NCBI GenBank assembly: GCA_011109175.1
Contig: RDEW01000014.1
Coordinates: 1,010,519 to 1,074,518, forward strand
Direction of reading: 5' to 3'
Source of the DNA: Dicyema japonicum
Taxonomy: Eukaryota; Animalia; Dicyemida
Length of the DNA: 64,000 bases
The position numbers and the translations under genes are program-made. Below, one piece after another: positions 25,140 through 39,574 of this stretch (position 1 is its first letter; each line of letters begins with the position of its first letter). A model generated the notes under the pieces. It saw only the letters and a program-made list of their open reading frames with translations. It was not told where the DNA came from and searched no databases.

Positions 25140-27590
25140 CAGATTGTTGGTAATCCCTCTTCTTCTCTTAGAAGAAGAGTGTGCCATAACCTCCCTGTTA
25201 CTCCGCATCTCCACATCAGATTCAGTCAAAATATCTAAGGAAAGCCAGGAAGATCCCAATCAGGATCCCAAGACCCGTCCGGATCCCCGCGGCTACATGT
25301 CTGGCCTCTGCAATTGACAATGCTCTCACGTCCGACGACCTGGAGGCCTGGCTAAAACTCCTCAGTTTTGCTCCGATGGCCCTTGGAATTCCATTTATCG
25401 ACTCAAAGGGAGATCAACGGAATACAGAGGAAAGCACGACACTTGGAAACTCCCTTTCCTCAAAAATGAAGAAGAACATCCAGGTTTTCTATGTGCATTC
25501 TCTCACCAAGACGGAAGTCAAGAAATCAAGACATTCTGATTCCAATCCTCTGTTTATTTGAATGGCCCGGAAAAACTTAAAGAGAGAGTGAACCGCAAAC
25601 TATTCGAAGGCGACGTCCGAGCGGCGTTGCGCGTCGTCGCCAGCGACGAAACTGTTATGGCTGCGACACCTGAGGTGCTAGAACTACTCAGACATAAACA
25701 TCCATGTGCTCCGGAAGATTACCGCCCATTCGTGCTTCCGGGAAATTTGTCAAGGATGACCGTCACCGAAGGCGAAGTGCGACGCGGCATTTCGTCCTTT
25801 GCGGCGAGTAGCAGTGGAGGCATCGATGGCTTGCGGCCGGGTCACATCAAAGATCTTACGGCGGAGGCTACTGCAGAAGCTGGCTGCAACCTTGTCAAAT
25901 CAATTACAAAACTGGTTATGCGTATTTTGAACGGAGATATTCCTCCCCACGCAAGGGAGCTCCTTTTCAGTGCACATTTATTGGCCTTCAAAAAACCTGA
26001 AGGTGGGGTCCGCCCCATCGCAGTCGGCAACTATTTCAGAAGATTGACAGCGAAAATTGCATGCAGCATTGTCTCTCCGAGAATATCTGAAGAATTTTCC
26101 CCCTCCAACTGGGGTTGGTGTAAGGAACGGATGCGAGGCGGCAGTGCATGCTGCGAGGTGTTTTTTTGGACAGAAAGACGAACAAAACCCACACATTGGG
26201 GTCAAGCTGGACATCTGCAATGCCTTCAATTCATTGAGGAGGGATCAAATTTTCGAAACTACAAGCAAACGAGCCCCGGAACTTATTCCACTTGTCTTCC
26301 TCGCTTACGAAACAATTCTTCACTGGTTTTAGGGGACAAGATTATCTGTTCGGAGACCGGAGTTCAACAAGGGACCCACTTGGTCCACTACTCTTCGCTC
26401 TGGCCATCGATGAAATTGTCCGCTCTATAAACACACAACTTAACCTTTGGTATCTCGATGACGCCACAATTGGAGGGCCGTGGAGAAAAGTACACGACGT
26501 TCTGTCACATGCCGTGCCGGCACTACGAAACCTCGGACTTGAGATAAACATAAAGAAATCGGAGCTAATAAATATCACATACTCGGAGAGTGATTTCATC
26601 AACGTGGTCGAGTCTTTCAACTCGGTACTACCTGGAATTACTGTCGTACCCAGGGAGCGGACATACTTTCTTGGGTGCCCACTTGACGAAAAGGAACTGC
26701 GGAGCCATCTACAAACAAAAGAGGATGAACTCTCCAGAGTCACGGAGAAACTCTCCTTACTCGATGGTCATACAGCGTTCTTCCTTTTGAAGAATAGCAT
26801 CGGCTTGCCCAAACTCCTATATGCTCTCCGATGTTCTCCCTGCTTCAAACATCGTGACATCCTCCTGTCACTGGATAGGACATTGAGAAAATCAGCTGAA
26901 TTGCTTCTAAACATCCACTTTGATGCGCCGAGTTGGAACCAATGCAAGCTTCCTACACGCCTCGGAGGAACGGGTCTCAGGTCGGCGCTGGAGATCGCCT
27001 ATCCAGCATATGTGTCATCGCTCTCAAGTGGAAGCCTTTTGGTCCAAGAAATCCTACGTATTACAACCGGACTCTCTTGGGAAAAAGTCTTCGACGAAGC
27101 TCGTTGCGAATGGTGTGAAACTGGTTTGGATATGCCGAACGATCCTTCGAGGCAACGTGACTGGGATGATATTTACTCCAAGAATATCTTCGACGTGCTA
27201 AAGTCTGAGGCCAACCAGCATCGTCTTGCATGCCTCGTGTCCGCCGCCAACCATGGGAGCGGAGCGTGGCTGGATGCACTCCCGTCTTCCTCCCTGGGGA
27301 CCCTATTGGACGATGACTGTATTCGGATTGGAATCGCACAACGCCTGGGAGCTGATGTTTGCGTCGAACACCAATGTCGCTGTGGAGGGATCGTCGATGC
27401 CAAAGGGCTGCACCCGCTCTCGTGCAAAAGGAGTGCGGGCAGAGCACCCCGCCATGCTGCTATGAACAACATTGTCTTGCGAGCTCTTGAAGCGGCAGGC
27501 TTCCCGGCAGTATTGGAACCTGTGGGATTGGACCGCGGAGATGGGAAAAGACCGGATGGGTTAACTATCTTTCCGTTCACAAAATATCTC
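25140..27590 (+). mobile_element. CRE-clade non-LTR retrotransposon, near complete but cut at the 3' end
   Basis: IPIRIPR N-terminal motif, FKKPEGGVRPIAVG, DICNAFN, GVQQG(D)PLGPLLF, WYLDD, CRCG...HPLSC...RH, GKRPDG. Frame breaks lie at C/G homopolymers. Confidence 0.92.
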
Positions 27591-29170
27591 CGTTTGAGTC
27601 CAGTGAGCTGTCTTCACGGCATGCCAGTTCCACAAGTTGGGAGGTAGCAGAGGCGTACTCTTCATCGTATACCTTCATCCCATGCTTATGTTCAATGAGC
27701 ATACTTTCGAGCGTTCTCTTCAGTACAACCGATTGGATGTAAGTCCTCGTTGATTCTTCAATAGATAATTTATCCATATGATTCTTGAAGCATCTTGAAA
27801 ACAACTCCATCCCATGTCAAAACCATTGGAATAATCTTCACTTGGCATTCATAGAGCAGCCGAAAGTTCATTTGCTAGCAAGTCATATTTGTGAAGTTTC
27901 TCAACTTCAACTTGCTTTAGTCGGTCTTGTGAGGTAATCCCCACTTCAATTAACGTTACTTCCTTCTTTATTTTGTCATACACGAAAATATCAGGTTTAT
28001 TGTATTGGACTTTTGTTTCTGTCAAAATCGACGATTTTATTTGTTCCGCTAGGTATTCATTTTGTAATCCTTGTATAATTTTCTTTTTGTTTCTGTCACA
28101 CTGTCATATGGCACGTTCATCTCTTTTCTTTTAGACCATACTTTTTCCCAAAACGACATACAATCCTCATCATCGAAACCATATAACGTTACTTCATTGC
28201 TTGCTGATAGGTCCGATAAAATCTTCTTCGATTTAATTCAAAACAACAGTTGTCCTTGCGAAAGTCCTTCCTCGAATGATGTACAGCTATTTGCTTCTTC
28301 TTCTTAATTCTTACAAGGTCACATAGTAGAGCCTCAATCCTGGCAACCTCCCCTTTTTTGGCCCTTTTGTATCCATAGGCACAAAGAACATCCATAACCT
28401 TTTGTTTTTCATACACAGGGAGAGCTTGTCTGGAAAAGCGATTGACAAGTTCTAGTTCTGCCATCAGCTTTGAGATTTTCTTTTCAGTGTTCTCCAACCA
28501 CGTACTTTGCGGTTTAACCTTCGCAATTAAAGTCATATAAGCACACTGTGCAGCATATAGAATATCAGTAATTTGATTGATATCTTGAGGCGGATTATTT
28601 TTCGTAATATAATATATTGCAGAATTTAGTCCCGACAAAACATTAACTCTGACATACTTTCTCTGAATTTTGGATGTTGGTTTTCGAGTATCCCTCGGAA
28701 TTGACTTAATTTTCTCAATTTGTACTTTTAGTTCCTCAAGGCAATTTCTGAAGGTGGAAATTTCCACATTAGTATTATTTTGCACTTTGAAACATTCGCC
28801 TCCTTTTACATTGTTATTCCGATTTTCAGGTTTCAGCATCTTTTTTAGTTGACATAGACTGGAACTCTTGGAGTACTTTTCATTGAACTTTTTGAGTACG
28901 AGGTTCCAGCCACCTCTAGGTATCCTTCCAAATCTTTGTTTCGTGGCAAGAAAAATCTGAGATACCCACTCAGCTTCAGAGACACAGTGGACCTCTTCAA
29001 TAATGGCAGATAATGAATGCAAGTTGGTATTGGCACCAATATTCCCAGCGATGTTTATATTAGTTTCTTGTGATATTATCCAGCCCCACAGACGACGGTC
29101 CTGCTTCTACTAAACTATCTTCTTTATTTGATTTTGCAGGAAGGCCCATAGGATTCGATTTCTCGGTATG
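27577..29170 (-). mobile_element. R4/Dong-like RLE non-LTR retrotransposon with the RT core deleted
   Basis: 277-aa N-terminal ORF ending FELNRRRFYR, then directly the RLE region: YNKPDIFVYDK, LIEVGIT, KYDLLA, LTWDG, YIQSVVLKRTLE. Confidence 0.85.
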
Positions 29171-29399
29171 ATTAGAAACGGATATGTCAACCACAACAAC
29201 TATAAATTTTTTTTTGAAAATTAATCAATACTTAAGTTTATTATTAAGTATTTTATAAAAGATTTACACCAATTTTTACTGGCATACATAATTTTTGACA
29301 ATAAAATCAAAAACTAACCCACATCAAGTTGTCCTGATGCCTAATAAAGTTACCATAAAAACTACTGAAGAGTACAACATTATAAAATGCATGTTGGAG

Positions 29400-30330
29400 G
29401 GACAGACCTGAATGTATCAGCAACTCGAAAGTATAGAAAAGTTTTTATTTAATTTTAATTAAAATTTTAGGAGGAATAAGCAGGAATTTAATATTATTGT
29501 CGTCTGCTCCCATGTTCCGGAATTCGCTCCTTAACAGGTATGTGGTCGTATGTACGCACGTTCCGGAATTTGCTTCCATATCTTCCGTATACCTAATATG
29601 AAGTGTGGTAAAATAATATTTATTACATGTTATTTCTAGGCGAGTTGTCTCTGACCGATTCCAAAAAGCATCGTGGTATTCCTCGAATCAACACTGTTGT
29701 GGAAGAATGTTCACCATAATCCTGAAAGTTTTAATATAGAAGAATTGGAATCCAAAGAGTATCTTAGTATTCCTGGATTCCATACAGTTGTGGAATCAGA
29801 TGTTCAATATAATCACAACTATTGATCCTTGTCGACATAATTAAGATTGCTTCTTATGATGGGAAGGGAGATCAATTGTAGAGCCACTCGGTTTCACGGA
29901 CATCATGGTTTCTGACTGTAACCAGACATCCCAGTCTCTTGAGAAAAAACAGTGACTTCATAATTATACTTCCAATTGTCTCGACAATAGCGTGGAACGT
30001 GAATCGGTCCAGGATCCATTTGTATTTCTTCCCTTTAGACTTTTCAGTCTTTATGGAACGCATCATGATTTTATTCAACTCCCGACGATTCAGACAATTT
30101 TAGAGTCACCCAACTATCTGTTTTAGTAGAGTTTCTGACTACTATCCAAGTAATGAAGTTGGCATTTTCTCTGGATAAAATGAGCATTTTAGTAAAAAAT
30201 AAGGTTCAGTCTTGGACAAAAAAATATTCGATAATTTTTGAACTCAGATTTTACGATGCTGATCGATCAATTTTAGAATTGAAAAATAAATGGCTCGGGA
30301 ACTGGGATTACCTAACTGTCTGACGTTTTT
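29400..30330 (+). other. Possible unrecognised intron-rich host gene
   Basis: Short open frames separated by AT-rich GT..AG segments, ending ...FYDADRSILELKNKWLGNWDYLTV*. No family recognised. Confidence 0.22.
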
Positions 30331-31361
30331 TTCTGCCTTTCTTTATCGGTGATCCTGGGGTTCTTAAAAAATAAATTAAAAAAATGGTGGAATCTATTCT
30401 GAGATAAAATTCGAACGAATAAAAAATTATTATGAAAAACAACATACATAAAATCACACTATCTACCATCCTATATGTGTACTTCTTACAAATGATACTC
30501 CAGTTCTTTAATTTTTGTCTGAACGAGATTCGAAACCAAATTCTACGTGGATCCAACATTTGTTATGAACTTCGGTTTTCCAATGTCCTCTAACTTCCTC
30601 ACCTCGTTAATGCTCATGAGAAGAAGGAAGACAAGGATTTTTATCCATCATACAGCTAAGTAGAAATTATGTCCAATGGGGGTTCGCCCCCATCTTAACC
30701 TTTCGATCAATTGAACACCTGGTTAACTGGTCTGACATGTTTTTTTAATAACCACGAATATACCTGGAAAAGATTTTATTCAGCTTCCACAGTCGATTAA
30801 GATGTGTCCTTTCCAAGCGACATGTTTATCCATTCCGGGAACCCCCTCGTTGTAGTAGGGAAGAGACAATCTAAATATCTACCTAAAAATATGAACGTGG
30901 TATTAGAAACACAATTTACAAATTGTGTCAATCAAAAAAAGAATAAAACGTCAATAAAAATTAAAGGGCTCCATTATGGCTTACAAGCACTAACCACGCA
31001 ATGGGAGTTACCCTGCAAGACGAAAAAGTAGTGAACCTAGTGACAAATAAGTTCCACATTATTAGAAACTAGACAAATTATGACTAACAACATCCTCCCA
31101 AGTTACCTCATGGAGAAAAGCTAATCAAGATATCATATCTTAACAATCCGTATTGAAAAGGGTATGACATCATGCTCTTCATCTTTAAAAAAGGTGCCTG
31201 AGTTCTTCCATTTGATCTCTGTTGATATCGTGAGAGGCAACCCCACGTCAATTATGTCGACTGGGATCAACAGTTAGAACTTAAACGTTGCTTTAAATAA
31301 AATTTAAATCCAAAAATTAATAAATTGAAAATATGAAAGTAACAAAAACAAAAAATGAAAT

Positions 31362-31875
31362 TTACTGATTTCCGCGGTTCTGAAAAAAATAAAAATTAAG
31401 AAAACAATTTTATTTTCATAAGCTGAAGGAGCCCCTGCAGCCGCGTCCTTTTCAACATCTTTGAAATCATTGGACTCTCTTAACCTGTTCTATAAGCCGA
31501 TCGGTCCTCATCCGACTTTAAGGTGATAGTCTGTCCAATCTTTTGAGCCTTTGCTGCGTCTCGCTTGGCTTGCGTCATTAAAGTGGCTGGCATCACATCT
31601 GCTGGCAGGTGCAAGAAGTTTCTGAGATATTGTATTCCGTCGTTTGTGAGTACATAGTAATAATGCTGCCAGTTGTGCTTTCTCGTTACAAATTTCCGAG
31701 ATTGTAGTGACTGATTGGTAAAATGCGAGCAAAATACCTGCATCTTTTTGAGTACTTGAATGTTAGGAATTTTCAGCAATTCATTCGTTATCCTGGCGTT
31801 TACTGAAACTGCAATAACACCATTATTAAAGAGATATTCATAAATAACTCTCTCGTTGCATTTTGGCATAAGCAT
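31362..31875 (-). CDS. RPS10: 40S ribosomal protein S10 (eS10), 4 exons
   Basis: MLMPK...IYEYLF...PNIQVLKKMQ|SLQSR...WQHYYYVLTNDGIQYLRNFLHLPADVMPATL. Introns of 27 nt (31711-31737), 26 nt and 26 nt (31380-31405). Ends NRGNQ*. Confidence 0.96.
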
Positions 31876-32004
31876 TTTCAAACAAGAACACCACAGAATA
31901 TAACACGTTAATTGAATATTCTAATTAATTTTTGATTAAATAATTTAAAAAATTATAAATATTAATTATCGAAAGTTTACGTTTCTGATAATTTAATCTT
32001 ATTA

Positions 32005-33416
32005 CAGTTAACCCTCTCTATTGTGAACAAAATGTCCACGTAAAACACGATGTTCACTAATCTTCAATAGTGAACTAAAAAAATAGATCAAGGAATCAAA
32101 ATAACAATCAACAATAATAAAGTAATTATAAAAAAATTTTATAAGAAAACTAATTAACATCTAATTAAGAGTAAAAAAAGCTTAACATCTTCTTTTGGCT
32201 TCAGGATTGGTCATTTCCCAAGATCTTTTTCTTCCATCACTCGTCTCTGGCCCATTGTTCGATTTTTTCAAGCACGTTATCAGTCTCAGTGGGGATCATT
32301 TCATAGTCCTCCTGTTCCTCAGTTTTATCAGAAATATTGTGAGGACATGTATTCTCAGCTTCGTCATTAAATTTCCATTTTTCCGTCTCATGATCAGGAA
32401 AAAATAAATAATCTGGGAAATTTTCGTTATCTTGAATTTTAATTCCATGTTAATAGTCAACACACATGCTTTCAAGAGTTTTCTTTAGTGTAATGGTCTG
32501 TATATATGCTCTGACAGGGTATTTAATTTTAAGGGAATTAAAATAATGACTGTAATATTTGGTGACGATTCCATCCCAGGTTAAAACAACGGGGATAATT
32601 GTAACTTTCGCTTCGTGCAATAAAGCCAGTTCGCTTGCTAAAAGATCATACTTGTGGAATTTTTTAATTTCAACATTCTTCAAATTTTTCTGTGAAGTGA
32701 TTCCAACTTCAATTAGTGTTATCTTTCTCCTTAATTTGTCCATTACGTCAACTCTAATCTCAACGGCTTCATTATCCACTACAGATTGGACCGAATGGTT
32801 CTTCAATTTTTTCGACTGCTTGATTCCGAATTGGCGACACAGATGCAGATGAATACATTTTATTACTTCATTGTGTCTCTTCAAATAATCACTGTTAAGC
32901 ATTCGTCCGCATCTGTTTGCCAGGTGATCAACTGATTTCTTTGCAGAGTGGCAGTTACTGCAACTTGCTCCACCAGTTTCAAAAAACAAATTACGGCCTT
33001 GAACCAAACACAATGTTCCTTATGAGTTGGAGAATTGTTCCCGTGCATTAACAATGTGGAGGATTCCGTAATCTGTATCTGTTTCTTGGAAGCATTCAAA
33101 GAGAGTTGAATACAAAGACTTCCTTTTTATTTGTTCCATTAGGTATTCATTTTGTAATCCTTGTATAATTTTAACATTTAGGCTCTCTGGTTGTTCAATG
33201 CTATATTTCCGAGTTAGGAATTCTACGATTGTGGCCATATGTGTTTTTTTTGATTTAATGACTCATATAATTCCTGCTCTTCTTGGGCACCAATAGGATT
33301 TTTTCTCCAGATCCCTGAGAAATTGAAAAAGCAATGACAATTACTAATTTATGTTGTGAATTGCATTAATATGTCATGTTCACTATAGAGAGGGTTCATT
33401 ATAGAGAGGTTGACTG
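32005..33416. mobile_element. Non-autonomous Tigger/pogo-like element with TA TSD, carrying an R4 fragment
   Basis: Left TA-CAGTTAACCCTCTCTATTGTGAAC. Right end (reverse complement) TA-CAGTCAACCTCTCTATAATGAACCCTCTCTATAGTGAAC. The same TIR recurs at about 45170-45184. Confidence 0.7.
32440..33290 (-). mobile_element. R4/Dong-like retrotransposon, zinc-knuckle plus RLE 3' part
   Basis: CSNC...HLANRC...YLKRHNEV, LIEVGITS, KYDLLASEL, LTWDGIVTKY, YIQTITLKKTLE. 33125-33172 is nearly identical to 28035-28082. Confidence 0.85.
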
Positions 33417-34499
33417 TATAAATTCTGAATTTTTTAGTTCTCCCTTACCAAATCCTATGGTGAAGATTAAATTATAAAAACTCTTCTGCCGAAGAATGAA
33501 GTGATGTCCGCGACGGTAGGAAGTTTGATGAAAATGGAAGAGGGCGGACCTACTTCTCAACATCTCTTCTGAAGCGGAAGTCTATAATGTAATATTGGAA
33601 GATGGATTTGGTCGGCACAAGCAGATGTTTTCAATTGGGTTCCCTTCTTGGATTAATTAGTAATGACTGTTTGCGCCGGGTTTACTAAAGATTGTAAACC
33701 TGGGGTTAATAATAATAATTCTGAATCGAAACTCTTTCGTAGTATTCAAGTAGATCTTCCAAGACTAAGATGCTAACTTCATCAGACTCTCTCCTAATAT
33801 ACGTTTTAATTTGGGCCTACAAAAAACATAATTTATCAAACATGCAACCTGCTGAGGAAACACCAGAGGGTTTTTTTTATAATATCCCAGATTCTAGACC
33901 CTCAGCGTCTAGAGAATATGTGGGAGGATCCGTTAATAGTTGCTTAATGGAAAATTAAGAATTCTTGAAATTTGATTATATGTGAAAATTTTTAATATCC
34001 TTTTTGCATTTTCCCTCAATCCTCAAAACGATTATTTTCCTTTACTTATTTATGGATGAGAAGGGTGGTTTTTCACTCCGAGGAAAGAATGATCATTCTG
34101 CCACTAAAGAAATATAGGAGAATAGCTACTAAATTCGCACTCCAATTGAAACTTGATACAAACTGGGTATGGATATTAAAAAACGGTTAGAGAGGCTATG
34201 GAGGAGAGGATTATGCTTTATTAGTTTTTAACTAAAAATACAATATATTGATTTTGATGCTGAAAAGTGGCTACCCTCATCTAAAGAAGAACCCTTACTG
34301 TAAGAATGCCTGTGGTCTGACTTCCTATGTTTAACTTACTGTAGATAAACCAGTTTGGAAGAGACCTCAACGAGGCTTTATAGGAAGACCGATGTTATCC
34401 GAAAAATCCCTCAACCATACCTAACTTAATTTTTTGTTAATAATAATTTCATTTTGGTAAATATGCTTTCTTATCAGATGACGTAATTTTACACGAAAT

Positions 34500-35070
34500 G
34501 TCTACTAAGTTTCATTATGAGTAAAATTCTTTGTCTTCTTTCTTCTCATAGATGAACTCCTGAGACATCGAAAATACGAAATTCTGAACAAAAAAATTGT
34601 CAACGAACCCTGGTCCAAATGTCGTCTAGCCAAATTTGATTTGAAGATCATTTATCGGAAGTTTCACATATAAGATGATAGTAAACATGATTCTCTAAAA
34701 TATTTTGTTTTCCATGATAACTCGTGGAATTTAAAATTTTCATGATACTAATCGCTTCGAGTGGTATCACCATCAGATTAAAGGCCTCAATTTGATGGCA
34801 GATTGGTGAATCTATTAGACCACTGGGGGTGTAAGTAAATAACATGATGTATGAGAAATCAAGAAGTGATGATACTAATATTAGCAATAACCACAGGAAG
34901 ATGGTAATTATTATATTACAAATCGTTGTCAAAGTTCTAAAATCCACAGTCTGAATTTTATTTCGTAACTCATATCAAATCCTTCCTTCCTCACTAAACC
35001 TACAAAGGTTGTAGAAGCAAAAACAATGGATAGATCCATTAAACGTTCTTTAAAATGCTGTGACTAGATT
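34500..35070 (-). other. Possible small membrane-protein gene divergent from eIF1A
   Basis: Hydrophobic ORF (ICNIIITIFLWLLLILVSSLL) and a plausible 23-nt GT-AG intron after AFNLM. No family recognised. Confidence 0.28.
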
Positions 35071-35262
35071 TACAATCTTCTACCAATTTGACCATTAAAC
35101 CAAGTGGTTTTTTTCCCTACAGCACTTAAATGTCATTAAATATTAATTTTATCAATGAGATAATATTATGGTGAACTAAATATCAATTTTAATTATTTAC
35201 CTATAATTTTTTTATTTATTTTAATTTAATTACACGTTTATAAGTGTCTGCGGTTGTGAGAT

Positions 35263-35918
35263 ATGCCAAAGAATAAAGGTTAGTAGAGTTGGCCATAATT
35301 ATATCCAGGAAAGGGAGGAAAAAATAGAAAAAGAGGGAAGAACAAGGTAGATGACTTTATTAGAGAACTTGTCCTTAGCAAAGAAGGCGAAACGGGTACA
35401 TAAGGAAACTAATTTCAACAGAATATGGCTTCGTGCAAGACTTGTTGGGGAATTGTCGACTAAGAGTACTCTGTGGTGACGGAAGAATTCGGTTGTGCTA
35501 TATTCGCGGAGGAATGCGGAAAAAGGTTCCAAATGTTTTTCTTATGGAAGGTGTGGGTCATCAAATATGACATCGTATTGGTGGGGATCAGAGAATTCCA
35601 AAATGACGTTGGCGATATTATCCTTAAATACACCAACGATGAAATCCAAGAGCTCAGGAGACGGAATTTGATCCCTGAAGAATGTAATCGCATTTTTGTA
35701 TGCTTAGTTGCTACGGAGACTCAGGCGATCACAGAAGACGACACCGTTAAGTTCTTGAGGGAGGATGACGAAGAGAATGGTCAGTCGGAAGAGGAGTCAG
35801 ACGAGTATAGTTCTAATGACGAATACTACGAGGTTAAATGTTTGGTTAATAGAATTAGTCTGAAATTGAAGAAGAAAATAATGCAGTTAGCTATAATTAT
35901 TATGGTGATGATGATTAG
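35263..35918 (+). CDS. EIF1A: Eukaryotic translation initiation factor 1A, 6 exons
   Basis: Removing introns of 30, 26, 25, 24 and 26 nt gives MPKNKGKGGKNRKRGKN...RELVLSKEGETEYGFVQDLLGNCRL...IRGGMRKKVWV...DIVLVGIREFQ...DIILKY with an acidic tail ending GDDD*. Confidence 0.95.
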
Positions 35919-37071
35919 TTCGACTTTTCTTATCACTTTTTTGTTTCTTTGTTTCTATATTTTAGTTGTTTTTAGCGTTCAATTATTAGACAATTGATAA
36001 TCAAGTTGATACACATGTTTCAGGAGACTCCCAATAACTGGTCGGCATCCTAGAAGCATTTATCTTCTCCTACTCCATGGTAGGATGAATATATTGAATA
36101 TCTGAACAAAAGAAGTGTGGGTGCACAATGTTTTTGGGTTTGAATATAATTCGTTTTTTGGGGGAACTTGATCAGTCAGGTAAGTTTTTCACAGGTAGGA
36201 AGGTTGAGGAAACAACGTACCTTTATTGCACGAAATGTCTACTTAACTTCATAATGAGAAAGCCCATGCGTCCTTATTCTTTTTAGCATTGGGGAGATGA
36301 CGGACTTGGGAGACGTCAGAAACCCCAAGTTATGAACAATAGAAAGAAGTGTCGGATGTATGAAGTATCGAGGTTTGAATTCTGTCCAATCAAAAATGTA
36401 ATCTTCACTCAACGACTCGATGTTCAGAATTAGCGCATCCTCCTTTTAAAATGAAATAATATATAAATCTCGTATTTGCCGATATTTTTCATAATCTTCT
36501 AACACGTTTCTATCTTTTTGTATTCTATCTTTTTGTATGGCAATTAGCACAACTTTATCGGATTTTTGAAAAATGTTTTTATTATTATTAGCGCATCATT
36601 TTAGGCACTCAGAAAGGTTGAGAGACACTACTTTTTAAAGGAATCATTGCGTTCTGTGTTCGTTCATTTATTAAAATGCGTCATCCGACTTATAATTTTG
36701 AAGAAATCTCTCTGCCGAGATGGAGCAAAACTACAAGTCAGTTGGATGGATGCCACATCTGCTGTGATGACGGGGATCTCGACAAAAAACTACATGTCAG
36801 TTGGATAAGCATTAAATAACTCGCTTTTTAGTATAGCAAACCATTATCATCAAAATGGAACCTTTATTGTGGATCAATGGATATAAGGCTACTAACGAGG
36901 CACACAAATTTTCTGAGTCTTCTCCAAAAAAAGAGGAAATCAACCAAGACAAAACAATCTAAATCACTAAACCCCTATATACCCATAAATACTAATCCAC
37001 CAACAAAAAAATTAGGAAAGTCAAAAAAATGAAAGCCAAATTAATATGTTAGTAATACAGTATTGAGTGAA

Positions 37072-38126
37072 TCACCTTCTTCTGCTAGAACCAGCAGACA
37101 TTATGGACAGAATCCTTACAAACAGGTTAATAGCATCAATATAGATTGACATTGACCTACAAATAACAGCCACAACAACATATTAATCGGATCGAACTTC
37201 ATGTACGGATTCTCCGCCATTTTCACAACTCTTTGAGTATCATACAACAACATCAGAGAAAAAAGAACAACTCCTCCGTACAAAGATACTGACGTAAGCC
37301 AGGATCCGGCAACCGTAGTCATTGGGACAAAAAAGCGCGCTAAAAATTCACAAAAACTGACAAACCAACATCAGAGGCAATCAATAAACCAAATCCAACT
37401 GCAAGAGCTCCCCCATATTTCAGAAAATGCTCATTCGGGGAGTAACAGGCCAGCAAGGATAGTGATCCCGCTACTCCAGCTGTCATGAGTCCGGCCTTAA
37501 TGGCAAGTTGAGGACCGAGGAAGAAGACCATAGGACTCAGAAAGGCTCCCACGATGGCAAGGTGACTCAGCCAAGCTAACTGCTTAGAGCCAAGCCCGTC
37601 CGTGTAAGGCAGGGAGTTTACCACACTCCCACTCCCAATTAAAGCAGCAAGAGAAACTCCTAAGGTCTACGTGAATCAATTTGATTTACAAGAAGAGGTC
37701 GAGCCACCACAAAGTTATGATAAGCGGGAAATCTGAGCATAAAAGCGGCAGAAAGTCCGGTAAAAAGAACAGCAAGTCCAAAATGAGAGTAGGTTGATTG
37801 GATTCTCTCCCGCACATATTGAGGCCATAGTAGCATTCGGTCAGAAATACTAGCCTGTGAAGAAAGACCAGAGCCGTAGTAGCAGAGGGCTCCGATACCG
37901 AAAAAAGATGCGCCAATGACAAATCCTCGCCCTTCAAATAAATTGAATGTGCTTTACCCGTTATGTTGGCAGAGTCCCCAGCAGGAGCTTTAAGGGAGGA
38001 AAATATGCTTGTCTTCTTTTTAGTAGTTTGCGATAATCTTCCAGCTGTTCTTGTCTTTGCTAAATTTCTTATGCTATTCTGTGAAAGAAGGCGGGTATAT
38101 AACTTTAGCTGAGAAGCAAACAACAT
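37072..38126 (-). CDS. GHITM: Growth hormone-inducible transmembrane protein (TMBIM5/MICS1, BI-1 family), 5 exons
   Basis: Introns of 26, 23, 25 and 23 nt. Spliced product contains GALCYYG, WPQYVRERIQSTY, KQLAWLSH, SPNEHFLKYGG, LYGGVVLFSLMLLYDTQRV, FDPINMSMSIYIDAINLFVRI. Confidence 0.93.
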
Positions 38127-38799
38127 AACAAGAATAAATAGTTAATTAAAATAATATTAAAATAATAAATATATTTTTAACATTAACTATTATTTGAGAG
38201 GACTAAGAAGTAGCTTATTTATTATTTTTTCACTTATAGGGTAAACCTGCTTGTTTACGATGTGGGAAACGCCCATCTGTTCCTTTTGTAACTGTTCCTA
38301 GTTGACAGCAAACCACCTTCTTGAATATCCTGAATTAGTACAATGTTCTTCTACAATGCCAAGACTTTCAGATCTATGGGAGCGGCGAGCATTTGCTGCA
38401 TCCTACTTAATAGTCGCCTGGTCTTCTACAAGATAGTGAGGCTGGGGTTACATAACTAAACTAACTAGGGTTACCCGACATTAGCGTCACTTTCCAACTA
38501 AATAACAGATAAATTTTTTAAGGGTACAAAAAAACAAAAATTTTTCTGTAGCCAACGGTTATAGAAAATTTTATTGAACATTTCGATCCAATAATCTCAT
38601 TTTCATCTACCCAACACTTAACATGTCATTTTTGTTCTTTGGTAAGTTAGTCCGTGGATAAAATGTTCTTTTTAATTTCATGAGTTTTAAGAACTTTTTT
38701 CCAAAAAAATATACTGCGTTATTGATTAGAAAAGTGACGCCATTGGTCGCTAAAGTTACGTTAATGGTCGAGGAGCCCTATAATAATTTATTTTAAAAT

Positions 38800-39095
38800 T
38801 CAACTCACTCAGGAGGGAAATCATGCGTCTTCCACCATTACACCAAAGAAAACACTTGCTACTTTCATTTCAGAGAGTCGACCAAAAGAAATGGCCCTGA
38901 ATTTTTGCAAGGAACCAGAAATTCACTTGGAGAAAAAGTTATCCATGCGGAGGATCAGTTTTGAAGAAAGACGCTCAGATCGAGTTTTTTTACAGAAATT
39001 CTAGGAGACACATCATGGAGATGGCGGGATTACTGGTGGACCGTTCAAGTATAGTGCAGGGATTATTAGAAACTGGGATCACTTAATTAGTTGGC
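38800..39095 (+). mobile_element. Jockey/I-group-like LINE 3' end
   Basis: Similar to 52170-52350; both end in ctgggatcacttaatt (family C-terminus ...GIT*). Confidence 0.5.
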
Positions 39096-39574
39096 TTTAG
39101 CACTTTCTAGGTGTTCTTTGAGTTCTTAAAAATATTAATAATCCAAAATAAGCCAACATTAAGAAAAATGGGGTCATAGGGTGAATCCTCCCTCTCTTGA
39201 TTAGAGATCTCCTGCTTAGATACTACAAAGGCTGATCCTAAAGTTAGAAGAGATCGTAATTATGATTTTTATATTAACATTTAAATGAGATTTAGGGGCT
39301 TAATTCGAGGTTAGGGACCAGAAGGGAAGGTTTCCAAGATGATTTTTTGGGAAACTACTGTTAAACGATATTCTTGAGATCAACTTGATACATAGAAGCT
39401 CCCTACCGTCACGGACATCATTTCATACCTTGGCGGAATAGTTTTCATAATAATCTTTACCAGATAAGATGGGCAGAGAGAAGGTAGGAAGATCCCTTTC
39501 AACTACTGTGTCGTGCAAAAAGGACTCGTCGCCTCACAAGTAGGATCTCTTTGACAAAAATTGACCTTTGCTCC

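Noticed and set aside
31362-35918. Ciliate host with reassigned stop codons (tiny introns suggest Paramecium)
   Set aside because: RPS10 and RPS16 end in TAA, eIF1A in TAG and GHITM in TGA, with no internal TAA/TAG in exons; SARM1 points to an animal.
35473-35997. 174-aa acidic ORF as a novel protein
   Set aside because: It is read-through of eIF1A exons and introns.
36050-36430. About 70-codon open frame on the minus strand between eIF1A and GHITM
   Set aside because: No start codon or recognisable family; too weak to call.
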